NCBI GenBank assembly: GCA_007135395.1
Contig: SLIZ01000104.1
Location: 4,034 to 68,033, forward strand
Length of the DNA stretch: 64,000 nucleotides
Reading direction: 5' to 3'
Origin: Wenzhouxiangellaceae bacterium
GTDB taxonomy: Bacteria; Pseudomonadota; Gammaproteobacteria; Xanthomonadales; Wenzhouxiangellaceae
Shown here: positions 27,365 through 36,508 of the stretch, piece after piece
Layout: every line of letters starts with the position of its first letter
Position numbering within the stretch: position 1 is the stretch's first letter
Notes under the pieces: model-generated
Seen by the model: the letters and a program-made list of their open reading frames with translations, nothing else
What the model was told of the DNA's origin: nothing
Databases searched by the model: none
Translations under genes and position numbers: made by a program

Positions 27365-27700
27365 ATGGAAGGACACGACAACGGGTCGCCCGAGCTGGTG
27401 AGTCGAACCCGGCTGCGAAACATCCTGGTCAGCACGCTGGGCATGCTGGTTGCAATCGGCGCTTGCTCGATCCTCGGGGTGTTCGTGGTCGGGCTGGTCC
27501 TGGGTGAGTGGGTCGAGCCCGGTGCCGACTGGGGGACCTGGCTGGCAATGGTCCTGCTGGCTGGCTACCTGGCGGCAACCATCGCCACCGCCCTTCGCAT
27601 GTGGTGGAACCCGGCGGGCAGGGCAGGCCTGGTTGTCGCCTTACTGGTGTTGCCCGTCGTGGTTTTCGTGATCATCGGACTGCTGCCCGGGCCAGGGTGA
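27365..27700 (+). CDS. Small membrane protein (about 3 TM), unknown function
   Basis: 111 aa with three hydrophobic stretches. No motif recognised. Confidence 0.45.
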   Translation: MEGHDNGSPELVSRTRLRNILVSTLGMLVAIGACSILGVFVVGLVLGEWVEPGADWGTWLAMVLLAGYLAATIATALRMWWNPAGRAGLVVALLVLPVVVFVIIGLLPGPG

Positions 27701-27733
27701 TACGCCCCCTGGCCGTCTGCCTCCGGCCGGGCT

Positions 27734-28414
27734 TCAGGCACGGGTGTCGGGATCGATGGTTGGTGCCACGGCCAGGCCGGTCCTGCGCCAGGCAATCCAC
27801 AGCAGCAGGTACCAGGCGGAAAAGGCGGTGGTTCCGTTCCACTGGAGCAGGTTGTGGGCGGTGGAGGGGTCGTCGAGGAGTTGGGTGAATACAACGCTGG
27901 AGGCGGCGACCCCGAGCACGGCGATGGCAATGACAAGCATGATGACCGGCAGCCAGCGGGGAATGGTTGGCGGGCACAGCTTGAGCAGGCAGATCGCGGT
28001 GATGATCTTGGCCAGCAGGGTGGCGGGAAAGTAGGTGGTTATGACTGTCTGGCGGATGGCGTGGTCGATCTCCCCCTGGGATCCGACCAGCGCAATGTAG
28101 GCGATCAGCAGGACGGGGCTGGCCGTTCCCAGCAGGTGGATGAAAAAGCGAGGGGTGCGACCGGCACCCAGTTCCCTCAGCCAGTTGGTAGTCAGCCACC
28201 ACACCAGGATCAAGACCATCCCCGTGGGGATGATGGTTCCCCGGAATACGAATACTGCCGGTTCCTGCCTGCCGGCGGCGCTGATGCTGTGGCAGCCGTC
28301 GATGAACACCCGGCAGTGGGGGACCAGCTCGAAGCTTCGTGCCAGCCACAGGGAAACGGCAACCCCGACGAAGGAAAGCACGAATACGGCTATGGGAAGG
28401 CGTTCGAGTTTCAT
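27734..28414 (-). CDS. Integral membrane protein, unknown function, immediately downstream of ntrC
   Basis: 226 aa with multiple hydrophobic helices. It lies 30 nt after the ntrC stop on the same strand. Confidence 0.55.
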   Translation of the reverse strand: MKLERLPIAVFVLSFVGVAVSLWLARSFELVPHCRVFIDGCHSISAAGRQEPAVFVFRGTIIPTGMVLILVWWLTTNWLRELGAGRTPRFFIHLLGTASPVLLIAYIALVGSQGEIDHAIRQTVITTYFPATLLAKIITAICLLKLCPPTIPRWLPVIMLVIAIAVLGVAASSVVFTQLLDDPSTAHNLLQWNGTTAFSAWYLLLWIAWRRTGLAVAPTIDPDTRA

Positions 28415-28444
28415 GAAGTCTCCCGGGGTTTCTTGTCTTTGCTG

Positions 28445-29809
28445 TCAATCATGATCACGAAGGATTCTGGCCAGGGTATTGCGGCTGATGCCCAGTTGCC
28501 TTGCCGCCTCGGTCTGGTTGCCCCCGGATTTTTCCAGGGCCTGTCGGGCCAGGTTTTTTTCCAGGTCGGCGCGCAGGCCGTTCAGCAGGTTCGGTTGGCC
28601 ACCGGCCAGTGCCCGGGCGGCATGCTGGCGAAGGGCCCGGGTCCAGTCGCCGGACTCGTCCTGGTCGCCGTTCCGGTACTCCGGGGGCAGGTCATCGATG
28701 TTGATGATTGCCGCCGGGGCCATTACCGCCAGAGACTGGCAAAGATGCTTGAGTTCGCGCACATTGCCCGGCCATGACCGGCCTGCCAGGTGTTCCAGGA
28801 GGGCACTTGCCGGGGTCTTGGGGGGAAGATTGAACTCACCGGCGGCATCGCGCAGGAAGTGCCGGACCAGGCCCGGAATGTCCTCGGGGCGGTCTCTGAG
28901 CGGCGGCAGGTCAACGGTAATGACCTTGAGGCGATGGTACAGGTCGGCACGAAAACGCCCCCTGGCAACCCGGGTTTCCAGGTCACGATGGGTGGCGGTC
29001 ACGATACGTGCATCGGATTTGATCAGGTCCCGCCCGCCGACCCGGTAGTACTCGCCCTCGGCCAGCACCCGCAGGAGCCGGCTTTGCAGCCCGATGGGCA
29101 TGTCACCGATCTCGTCGAGAAACAGGGTGCCGCCGCTGGCCTGCTCGAACCGTCCGGTACGACGTTCCACCGCGCCGGTAAAGGCCCCCCGCTCGTGGCC
29201 AAACAGCTCCGATTCCAGCAGTTCTTCCGGGATGGCCGCGGTGTTGATGGCAATGAACGGGCCGGACCGCCGGGGGCTGTGATCGTGCAGGGCCCGGGCG
29301 ATGACTTCCTTGCCCGTGCCGGTCTCCCCGGTAATCATCACGGCGATATCACTGCGGGAAAGGCGGCCGATCGTGCGGATGATCTCCTGGAAGGCCGGCG
29401 AGTCACCAATCAGGGTGTCCCGGATTTCCCGGTCGTCCGGTTCAGCCAGCGGCGCGCTCAAGGCCTTGCGGACCAGCCTGCCCACCTCGTTCAGATCAAA
29501 GGGTTTGGCGAGGAATTCGAATGCCCCCTCCCGGAATGCGCTCACGGCGCTGTCGATATCGGAGTAGGCAGTCATGACGATGACCGGCAGGGCCGGGATG
29601 TCCCGGTGAACCTGTTGCATCAGCTCGATACCGTCTTCGGCCTGGAGGCGAACATCGGCCATCAACAGTCCCGGAAGCTCACCGCTTATCGCATCGACCA
29701 CGCCCCGGGCGGTTTCGAAGGTTCGAACGGAAAAGCCCTCTCCGGCCAGGTATTCGTCGAGGACATAGCGGATGGCGGGATCGTCGTCGACTATCCAGAT
29801 GCTGGCCAT
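28445..29809 (-). CDS. glnG: Sigma-54-dependent response regulator NtrC (NR-I)
   Basis: Receiver (IWIVDDD...DVRL), AAA+ sigma54-interaction domain (GETGTGKE, GAFTGA, ESELFGHERGAFTGA), and a C-terminal Fis-type HTH (QTEAARQLGISRNTL). Confidence 0.95.
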   Translation of the reverse strand: MASIWIVDDDPAIRYVLDEYLAGEGFSVRTFETARGVVDAISGELPGLLMADVRLQAEDGIELMQQVHRDIPALPVIVMTAYSDIDSAVSAFREGAFEFLAKPFDLNEVGRLVRKALSAPLAEPDDREIRDTLIGDSPAFQEIIRTIGRLSRSDIAVMITGETGTGKEVIARALHDHSPRRSGPFIAINTAAIPEELLESELFGHERGAFTGAVERRTGRFEQASGGTLFLDEIGDMPIGLQSRLLRVLAEGEYYRVGGRDLIKSDARIVTATHRDLETRVARGRFRADLYHRLKVITVDLPPLRDRPEDIPGLVRHFLRDAAGEFNLPPKTPASALLEHLAGRSWPGNVRELKHLCQSLAVMAPAAIINIDDLPPEYRNGDQDESGDWTRALRQHAARALAGGQPNLLNGLRADLEKNLARQALEKSGGNQTEAARQLGISRNTLARILRDHD

Positions 29810-30868
29810 TTATTCCCTCGTCGAGTCCCGAGTCGGTTGACTTGTCTGTTCCAGGGGCAGCCGGAGACGAAAGCGGCTGCCCGGATGCATGGGCAAGTAT
29901 TCCACCAGCCCGCCATGGCGACGGGCGATCTGCTGGACCACGGCCAGGCCGAAGCCCGTGCCCGACTCCCGGCCGGTGACCATGGGCAGAAACAGCCGCT
30001 GGCGCAGTTTCTCCGGGACGCCCCGGCCATTGTCCTCGAAATCCACCCGCAGCGCATGCTGTCCCGGCGTGTCCAGAAAAGCTGCTTCCCGTTCGATGCG
30101 GGTAACCAGCTTCAGGCGGGTAGCACCGGCCTGCAATGCATTGCGCATGAGATTAAGTACCAGCCTGTGAAGCTGGTCGGCAATGGCCGGGATTTCGGGA
30201 ATGGACGGGTCGAAGTCCCGCTCGATGGATGCCGTGTACCCGCTTTCGGCCAGGACCAGTTCCCGGGCCTCTTCCAGTACACGGTGGATATTGACCGGCT
30301 CCGGGGGGTTCTCGGCACTTTCGGTGAAGTGCTCGATCAGTCCGGTGATTCGCTCTACTTCGCGCTGAATCAGCCGGGCGTGGCGGACCAGGTCCTCCTG
30401 GCCGGCTCGCTGCTCTACCAGCTGGGCGGCTCCCCGCACGCCGCCAAGGGGGTTTCTGAGTTCGTGGGCCAGGCTTCGAACGAGTCGGATGAAGGTCTGT
30501 TGCCGGTCCGCCCGGTCGGCGAGTTCCCGCTGGCGGATACGCTCGGCCACCGGCGTCAGTTCCACCAGGATTCCATCGGAGACCGGCCGCAGGGATACAT
30601 CGGCCAGGACCGAGTCGGATTCTTCTCTCTCCAGGAATCTTTCGGCTACCAGCAGGGGCCGGCCCTGCCGGGTGACCTGATCGATCCAGCCCTGGAGCGA
30701 TTCCGGCAGCAGACTCTTGTCAGCCTGCAAGGCCAGGCCCTCGGTTTCCGGGGTGAACAGCATTTCCCTGGCCGCGCTGTTGATGAAGGTCACCTGCCCG
30801 GTCGGGTCCAGCCGAACGATGCCGGTGCGCAGGTCATCGGTCTGCAATGCGTCTTCCCGGGGGTCCAT
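29810..30868 (-). CDS. glnL: Nitrogen-regulation sensor histidine kinase NtrB (NR-II)
   Basis: PAS-like N-terminus, H-box SLAHELRNPLGG, and an HATPase region (DNGRGVP...GTGFGLA). It abuts ntrC (TAAATG). Confidence 0.93.
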   Translation of the reverse strand: MDPREDALQTDDLRTGIVRLDPTGQVTFINSAAREMLFTPETEGLALQADKSLLPESLQGWIDQVTRQGRPLLVAERFLEREESDSVLADVSLRPVSDGILVELTPVAERIRQRELADRADRQQTFIRLVRSLAHELRNPLGGVRGAAQLVEQRAGQEDLVRHARLIQREVERITGLIEHFTESAENPPEPVNIHRVLEEARELVLAESGYTASIERDFDPSIPEIPAIADQLHRLVLNLMRNALQAGATRLKLVTRIEREAAFLDTPGQHALRVDFEDNGRGVPEKLRQRLFLPMVTGRESGTGFGLAVVQQIARRHGGLVEYLPMHPGSRFRLRLPLEQTSQPTRDSTRE

Positions 30869-30922
30869 CAGGCCGACTTGCCGGGTCGATCTGGAATTGA
30901 CGCCATGGAGTCTTGATGCAGG

Positions 30923-31447
30923 TCAGTCCGGCTCCTGTTCGCGCCCGGCGGCATGGTGCATGGTGAACGTCACTTCCTCGGTGGATGCCAGGACCCGGCC
31001 GGATTCGGTCTGGACTTCGGCCCGAATGGTGTTCTCGCCGGCGGGAACTTCCTCGAAATCTGCCGCAAGCCCGGGCACGGCGGGCCGCTGTTCTCCATTG
31101 AGATAGACGACCATGAAAGTCGAGTCGGGAAGACTGACATTGCTTGAAAGCTCGACGGGCAGGGTGCTGTCGGTGGTCACGAGATCCTGGCCGGGTACAG
31201 GAGACTCGAAGACAAGCTCAAGGGCTTCGGCTTCCTGGGCCGGTTGCTCTTCGATCAATTCGGCAGGCGGGCCTTCCCTTTCCTCCAGGACATTGAGTTC
31301 CGGCAGGTCCATGGGCTCGGCATCATCGTCGGGCTCCTGGTCGGTATAGACCGGATTGCCTTCTTCGTCGTAGGTCTTGTAGATCGGGCCGGCCAGGCCA
31401 AGCGCCGGTATGAGCAGGGTCAGCAGCAGGAATGTGAGTGCTCGCAT
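30923..31447 (-). CDS. DUF4124-type secreted protein
   Basis: Signal peptide followed by IYKTYDEEGNPVYTDQ, the hallmark of DUF4124. This is the typical occupant of the glnA-ntrB interval. Confidence 0.75.
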   Translation of the reverse strand: MRALTFLLLTLLIPALGLAGPIYKTYDEEGNPVYTDQEPDDDAEPMDLPELNVLEEREGPPAELIEEQPAQEAEALELVFESPVPGQDLVTTDSTLPVELSSNVSLPDSTFMVVYLNGEQRPAVPGLAADFEEVPAGENTIRAEVQTESGRVLASTEEVTFTMHHAAGREQEPD

Positions 31448-31520
31448 GAAGGGCTCCGTTCATGACATTTTGTGGGTCATTATGCATGGACACGCCGGAG
31501 AGTGGAAAAGTGCCTCTGCG

Positions 31521-31547
31521 AAAAACGGCGCCACGCGGGCGCCGTTT
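31521..31547 (-). terminator. Intrinsic terminator after glnA
   Basis: The minus strand reads AAACGGCGCC-cgcg-tGGCGCCGTTTTT, about 25 nt after the glnA stop. Confidence 0.7.
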
Positions 31548-31572
31548 GCACTGTTGCAATGGCAGATCCGCT

Positions 31573-32982
31573 TCAGGCGGAGTAGTACATGTCGAACTCC
31601 ACCGGGTGGGTGGACATCCGGAAGCGGGTGACCTCCTTCATCTTCAGTTCGATGTAGCCGTCGATCAGGTCATCGGAAAACACGTCTCCGGCCTTCAGGA
31701 ATTCCCGGTCGGAGTCCAGGGCTTCCAGGGCCTGGTCCAGGGCGTGGCAGACCCGGGGAATATTGCGCTCTTCCTCCGGTGGCAGATCGTAGAGATCCTT
31801 GTCCATGGGCGACCCCGGGTTGATCTTGTTGGCAATCCCGTCCAGGCCGGCCATGAGCATTGCCGCAAACGTCAGGTAGGGGTTGCCCGCGGCATCGCCG
31901 AAGCGGATCTCGATGCGCCGGGCCTTGTCGCTGGACACGTGGGGAATGCGACAGGAGGCCGAGCGGTTGCGCGCCGAATAGGCCAGCAGGACCGGTGCCT
32001 CGAAGCCGGGCACCAGCCGCTTGTAGCTGTTGGTCGTGGCATTGGAAAAGGCATTGATGGTCCGGGCGTGCTTGAAGATGCCGCCAATGTAGTGCAGCGC
32101 GGTCTCCGAAAGATTGCCGTAACCATCACCGGCGAACAGGTTGGTGCCGCCCTTGGCCAGGGACTGGTGGACATGCATGCCGGAGCCGTTGTCACCGACC
32201 AGGGGCTTGGGCATGAAGGTAGCCGTGCGCCCGTGCTGATGGGCCGTGTTGTGGACGATGTACTTGAACAGCAGCATTTCATCGGCCTTGCGAACCATGG
32301 TGTTGAACCGGGTGCCGATTTCGCACTGCCCGGCGGTACCCACCTCGTGGTGATGGACTTCCACCGGCATACCGCAGGCTTCCATGGTCGCGCACATCAG
32401 ACTGCGCAGATCATGCAGGGCATCCACCGGCGGGACCGGGAAGTACCCGCCCTTGACCCTGGGACGGTGCCCGTGGTTGCCGTCGTCGTATTCCTTATTG
32501 GTGTTCCAGGCCGCTTCTTCGGAGTCGATGGCAAAGGATGCACCGGAAATGTCGTTCTTCCAGCGCACGTCATCAAACACGAAAAACTCCGGCTCGGGTC
32601 CGAAAAATGCGGTGTCGGCAACACCGCTGGCCTTCAGGTAGGCCTCGGCACGCTTGGCCAGGGAGCGGGGACACCGGCTGTAGGCCTGCAGCGTGGACGG
32701 TTCAAGCACGTCGCAGCGCAGGTTCAGGGTGTTGAGTTCGGTAAACGGGTCGAGAAAGGCAGATTCGGTGTCCGGCATGAGGATCATGTCGGACTCGCTG
32801 ATGCCCTTCCAGCCGGTGATCGACGAGCCGTCGAACATCTTGCCGTCAGCGAGCAGTTCTTCGTCCACGGCACTGGCCGGCAGGGTTACGTGCTGCTCCT
32901 TGCCCAGGGTATCGGCAAAGCGCAGGTCGATGAATTCGACGTTTTCGTCCTTGATGCGTTTGAGAATGGTTTCAGCAGACAT
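31573..32982 (-). CDS. glnA: Glutamine synthetase type I
   Basis: [31 protein letters not shown]... with canonical GS-I blocks ([24 protein letters not shown]). ATG 32982. The track ORF extension to 33189 is rejected. Confidence 0.97.
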   Translation of the reverse strand: MSAETILKRIKDENVEFIDLRFADTLGKEQHVTLPASAVDEELLADGKMFDGSSITGWKGISESDMILMPDTESAFLDPFTELNTLNLRCDVLEPSTLQAYSRCPRSLAKRAEAYLKASGVADTAFFGPEPEFFVFDDVRWKNDISGASFAIDSEEAAWNTNKEYDDGNHGHRPRVKGGYFPVPPVDALHDLRSLMCATMEACGMPVEVHHHEVGTAGQCEIGTRFNTMVRKADEMLLFKYIVHNTAHQHGRTATFMPKPLVGDNGSGMHVHQSLAKGGTNLFAGDGYGNLSETALHYIGGIFKHARTINAFSNATTNSYKRLVPGFEAPVLLAYSARNRSASCRIPHVSSDKARRIEIRFGDAAGNPYLTFAAMLMAGLDGIANKINPGSPMDKDLYDLPPEEERNIPRVCHALDQALEALDSDREFLKAGDVFSDDLIDGYIELKMKEVTRFRMSTHPVEFDMYYSA

Positions 32983-33038
32983 GATTTCTATTGATCTCCG
33001 CAGTGATTGAGATTTATTTACAGTTCCTGAACTGTAAA

Positions 33039-33054
33039 AGCATGTAACGTGCCA
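33039..33054 (-). promoter_or_regulatory. Sigma-54 (-24/-12) promoter of glnA
   Basis: The minus strand reads TGGCACGTTACATGCT: GG-N10-GC spacing and a perfect TGGCAC -24 element, about 57 nt upstream of the glnA ATG. Confidence 0.65.
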
Positions 33055-33204
33055 GGCTGAGCCAATTGGCTGCGGTGGCTGTGAAAAGCCCGGCCCGAAA
33101 GGTGTCGAGGCCGGGCGGACGGAAGCAGGCGAAGTTGTCCTGTCTGCGTTTAGCCCGAATGTTGAGCAGCGACGGGGCCGGGCGCTCAACTTTTGAGCGC
33201 CTTG

Positions 33205-33834
33205 TCAGTGTTCCACTTCCGGATTGAGGGTGTAGGTCCCGGTTATCGAGGCCTGGCCGAGAATGTGGCCCTCCATGGCCTTCATGGCATCCTGCCCGTC
33301 GAACTCGCCGGACAGTCCGAGGCTTTCGGTATCCAGGGCGTAGACGGTAAACACGTAGCGGTGCAGACGTTCGTCGTTCCAGGGCGGACAGGGGCCGTCA
33401 TATCCGAAATACTTGCCGGCCATTTCCGGGTCACCGGCCAGAAACTGGGTATAGTTATTCAGGCCCTGCTTGCTACCTTCCGGGCCCGGCGGGTGCTTCT
33501 TGCCACCCGGGGTCACTGCCCGGGAACATTCGGCGGTCTCCAGCTCCCGAAGATTGGCCGGCACGTCGATCATGACCCAGTGGTAGAAATCCACCCGCTC
33601 GAGATCGGCGGGGATGGTCTTGCCCTCCTGGTTGACATCGTCTGCCACCGAAGGCACATCCGGGTCCACGCAGATCACGGCAAACGAGCGGGCTCCATCG
33701 GGTACATCGGCCCAGCGCAGATGAGGGCTGCGGTTTTCCGACAGGGCCATGTGGTTGGCCTTGTCGGGCCGCCCGAAAGCCAGCCGGGTATCAATGGCAT
33801 GGCCGTCATTGAGATCGCTGGAATACAGTTTCAT
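33205..33834 (-). CDS. YbhB/YbcL-family (PEBP, Raf-kinase-inhibitor-like) protein
   Basis: The blocks PHLRW..VP.GA.SFA..C.DPDVP, FYHW and Y.GP.PP....HRY.F.VYALD are typical of bacterial PEBP proteins. Confidence 0.85.
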   Translation of the reverse strand: MKLYSSDLNDGHAIDTRLAFGRPDKANHMALSENRSPHLRWADVPDGARSFAVICVDPDVPSVADDVNQEGKTIPADLERVDFYHWVMIDVPANLRELETAECSRAVTPGGKKHPPGPEGSKQGLNNYTQFLAGDPEMAGKYFGYDGPCPPWNDERLHRYVFTVYALDTESLGLSGEFDGQDAMKAMEGHILGQASITGTYTLNPEVEH

Positions 33835-33936
33835 CGAACGCCTCCTTGCAGGAAAGAATGGATTGCACCCGGGAATTCCCGGAGCCTGACGGGTATCCTA
33901 TCAGAGCCATTCGAATCAAAAACCTGAAAAGAAATC

Positions 33937-36507
33937 ATGCGTATTTCAAGAATTCTCATCTCCCTGCGGGGAGCGTTGCTGCTTTTGCTCTGCGTTGCAT
34001 GGGTCACTTCCGGCCTGGCCCAGGACCGGGACATTCTGCCCGCCGGCTGGGAACCGGATCCGGATATCCCCTCCACGGCCGATGTACTGGGCTTCGAGCC
34101 GGGTGATCGACACGTCTATCACCATGAACTGGTCGAATACTTCATGACCCTGGCCGAGGCATCCCCCCGGGTCAGCGTGGAGGTGACCGGGCGGACCCAC
34201 GGTGGGCGGCCGCTGATTCTGGCCTATTTCCATTCCGATGGCAGCAGCGAGGCCATCGAAACCGCAAGGCAACAGCGCCGGGAAGGTGGCCGGGAAGGGG
34301 ATGGTCCCCTGGTGGTCTGGCTCGGATATTCCGTTCACGGCAACGAGGCCTCCGGTGCTCCGGCGGCCATGGAAACGGCCTGGTACCTGGCTGCCAGCCA
34401 GGATGAAAAGGTCCAGGCCTTGCTTGATGAGGCAGTCATCGTCATGGAGCCGGCCCTGAATCCGGATGGAATCGACCGGTTCTCCCACTGGGTCAACAAC
34501 CACCGGGGCAACCACCCAAGCGCCGATCCGAACGACCGGGAACACCGGGAATCCTGGCCCAACGGACGGACCAACTATTACTGGTTCGATCTCAATCGGG
34601 ACTGGCTGCCCCTGGTCCACCCCGAATCCCGCGCCCGGCTGGAGCACTACTACCAGTGGTTGCCCCACGTGGTCACCGATGTCCACGAAATGGGTCACGG
34701 CACGACCTATTTCTTCCAGCCCGGGGTGCCCGAGCGCAACAATCCCCTGACCCCGGAAGATAATTTCGAGCTGACCGCCCGGCTTGCCGAGTACCACGCC
34801 CGGGCCCTGGAAGACGCCGGGGAGCCCTGGTTTACCCGGGAGCTTTTCGATGACTACTACGCCGGCAAGGGCTCCACCTATCCGGATCTGACCGGCGGCA
34901 TCGGCATCCTGTTCGAGCAAGCCTCGTCCCGGGGCCACGTCATGGACACCCCCCACGGCAAACGAACGTTCCGGGATGCCATCGCCAACCAGGTGGCGAC
35001 CTCCCTGTCGACCCTGGAAGGTTCCCTGGAGCTGGCCGACGAGCTGAAGGATTTCCAGCTGCGCTTTTTCGAAGATGCCCGGGCCCAGGGACGCGGTGTC
35101 GACCATGCGGGATGGGTCATCGGGGACGGTGGGGACAAGAGCCGGGCCCTGGGGCTGGTTGAACTTCTGATTGCCCACGACCTTGAAGTCCATGCCGTCG
35201 ACGGGCCGGTCACCATTGGCGAGGAGCAGTTCGACAACGGCTGGGTGGTGCCGGCCGACCAGTCGCAGTACCTGCTGGCCCGGTCCATGCTTGACCCGCT
35301 CGAGGAGTTCGAAAGCGAGGTCTTCTACGATGTATCCACCTGGTGGCTGCCGGCGGCGTTTGATCTGCCGGTGGAAACCGTCGGTGGCCTGCCTGCCCAT
35401 TCCGGCACAGCCATGGAATCGGCACCGGACCTTGACGGTTACCTGCCGGAAGGGAACGAACCGGTGGCCTGGATCATTCCCTGGAACCAGATGCTGGCAC
35501 CAGTAGCCCTTGACCGGCTGCTGGAATCCGATGCCCGGGTCCGGGTGGCCAAGCAGCCCCTGGAACTGGAAACCGACCGGGGTACAGGGGAGTTCCTGCG
35601 CGGCGCCCTTGTACTTCCGACGGGCCTGGACCAGCCGGACCTGGATGAATTGCTCGCCCCCATGGCCGAGAGTGGATTGCGGGTTTACGGAGCCCGCGGG
35701 GGGCTGGTTGATTCCGGGCCGGACCTGGGTTCACCTTCCCTGCGCCCGCTGGAACCGGTGCGCCCGGTACTGCTGACGGGCCCGGGCCTGAGCCCGCTCT
35801 CTGCCGGCCAGATCTGGCACTGGTTCGACCATTTCCTCGAACGGCCCCTGGTCCGGGTGGAGTGGCATCGGCTGCAGGGTGTGGACCTGGCCGATTACAC
35901 CCACGTGATTCTTCCCGACGGGGATTACAGCTTGATGCCGGACTGGCTCAAGATCCAGTTGAAGACCTTCGTGGAAGCCGGTGGAACCGTGATCGGCAAG
36001 CAGCAGGGTGCGGGATTCGCCTCCGGGCTGGAATTCGAGCCGGAGTTGAGCCGGATCGAGCCCGAAGCCGATGCCGAAAACGATGAAGAGGCCGCCGAGA
36101 CCCGGCGAGCCTACGATGACCACTCTGACGACTTTGCCCGGAAATGGATCGGGGGCGCCGCCCTGGAAATGGACCTGGATATCACCCATCCCCTGGGATT
36201 CGGTCACGACCGGGACCGGGTACCGGTATTCCGCCGGGGAATGACGCGACTGGCGCCCAGCGACAATGCCTACGCCATGGCTGGTCGGTACACCGACGAG
36301 CCGGTCCTGTCCGGCTACCTTTCCGATGAGCGCACCGAGCAACTGTCCGGGTCCCCGGCGCTGCTGGCCGACCATCGCGGGCAGGGCCTGGTGATCCGGA
36401 TAGCCGACGATTACCTGTTCCGCGGATATCACGCGGGTACCTGGCGGATGTTTGCCAACGCAATCTATTTTTCCGGCGTGATCGACAGCCGGGAGTTGCC
36501 GGAGTAG
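33937..36507 (+). CDS. Secreted M14-family metallocarboxypeptidase-like protein (856 aa)
   Basis: Signal peptide MRISRILISLRGALLLLLCVAWVTSGLA. Zinc motif YSVHGNEASG, and later the VTDVHEMG His ligand region. A long C-terminal extension follows. Confidence 0.85.
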   Translation: MRISRILISLRGALLLLLCVAWVTSGLAQDRDILPAGWEPDPDIPSTADVLGFEPGDRHVYHHELVEYFMTLAEASPRVSVEVTGRTHGGRPLILAYFHSDGSSEAIETARQQRREGGREGDGPLVVWLGYSVHGNEASGAPAAMETAWYLAASQDEKVQALLDEAVIVMEPALNPDGIDRFSHWVNNHRGNHPSADPNDREHRESWPNGRTNYYWFDLNRDWLPLVHPESRARLEHYYQWLPHVVTDVHEMGHGTTYFFQPGVPERNNPLTPEDNFELTARLAEYHARALEDAGEPWFTRELFDDYYAGKGSTYPDLTGGIGILFEQASSRGHVMDTPHGKRTFRDAIANQVATSLSTLEGSLELADELKDFQLRFFEDARAQGRGVDHAGWVIGDGGDKSRALGLVELLIAHDLEVHAVDGPVTIGEEQFDNGWVVPADQSQYLLARSMLDPLEEFESEVFYDVSTWWLPAAFDLPVETVGGLPAHSGTAMESAPDLDGYLPEGNEPVAWIIPWNQMLAPVALDRLLESDARVRVAKQPLELETDRGTGEFLRGALVLPTGLDQPDLDELLAPMAESGLRVYGARGGLVDSGPDLGSPSLRPLEPVRPVLLTGPGLSPLSAGQIWHWFDHFLERPLVRVEWHRLQGVDLADYTHVILPDGDYSLMPDWLKIQLKTFVEAGGTVIGKQQGAGFASGLEFEPELSRIEPEADAENDEEAAETRRAYDDHSDDFARKWIGGAALEMDLDITHPLGFGHDRDRVPVFRRGMTRLAPSDNAYAMAGRYTDEPVLSGYLSDERTEQLSGSPALLADHRGQGLVIRIADDYLFRGYHAGTWRMFANAIYFSGVIDSRELPE

Positions 36508-36508
36508 C

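Noticed and set aside
28790-30916. 708-aa plus-strand ORF
   Set aside because: It is antisense to ntrC and ntrB, both of which carry unmistakable motifs.
31462-32994. 510-aa plus-strand ORF
   Set aside because: It is antisense to glnA.
32983-33189. N-terminal extension of glnA in the track ORF; similar extensions occur for cspA (39387), the AGCS symporter (24879), the TPR protein (24778), the GTPase (37876), the ATPase (19482) and the hydrolase (56190)
   Set aside because: The extensions are non-homologous low-complexity sequence. They contain promoter or RBS elements, or overlap the upstream gene. In each case an internal start reproduces the canonical family N-terminus.
33835-33936. Switch from mostly minus-strand to mostly plus-strand genes at ~33.9 kb, considered as a replication origin or terminus; also the palindrome CCGGGAATTCCCGG (33869-33882)
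   Set aside because: There are no clustered DnaA boxes (TTATCCACA-like), no AT-rich unwinding element and no dnaA/dnaN/gidA or dif-like context. A single divergent promoter region explains it.
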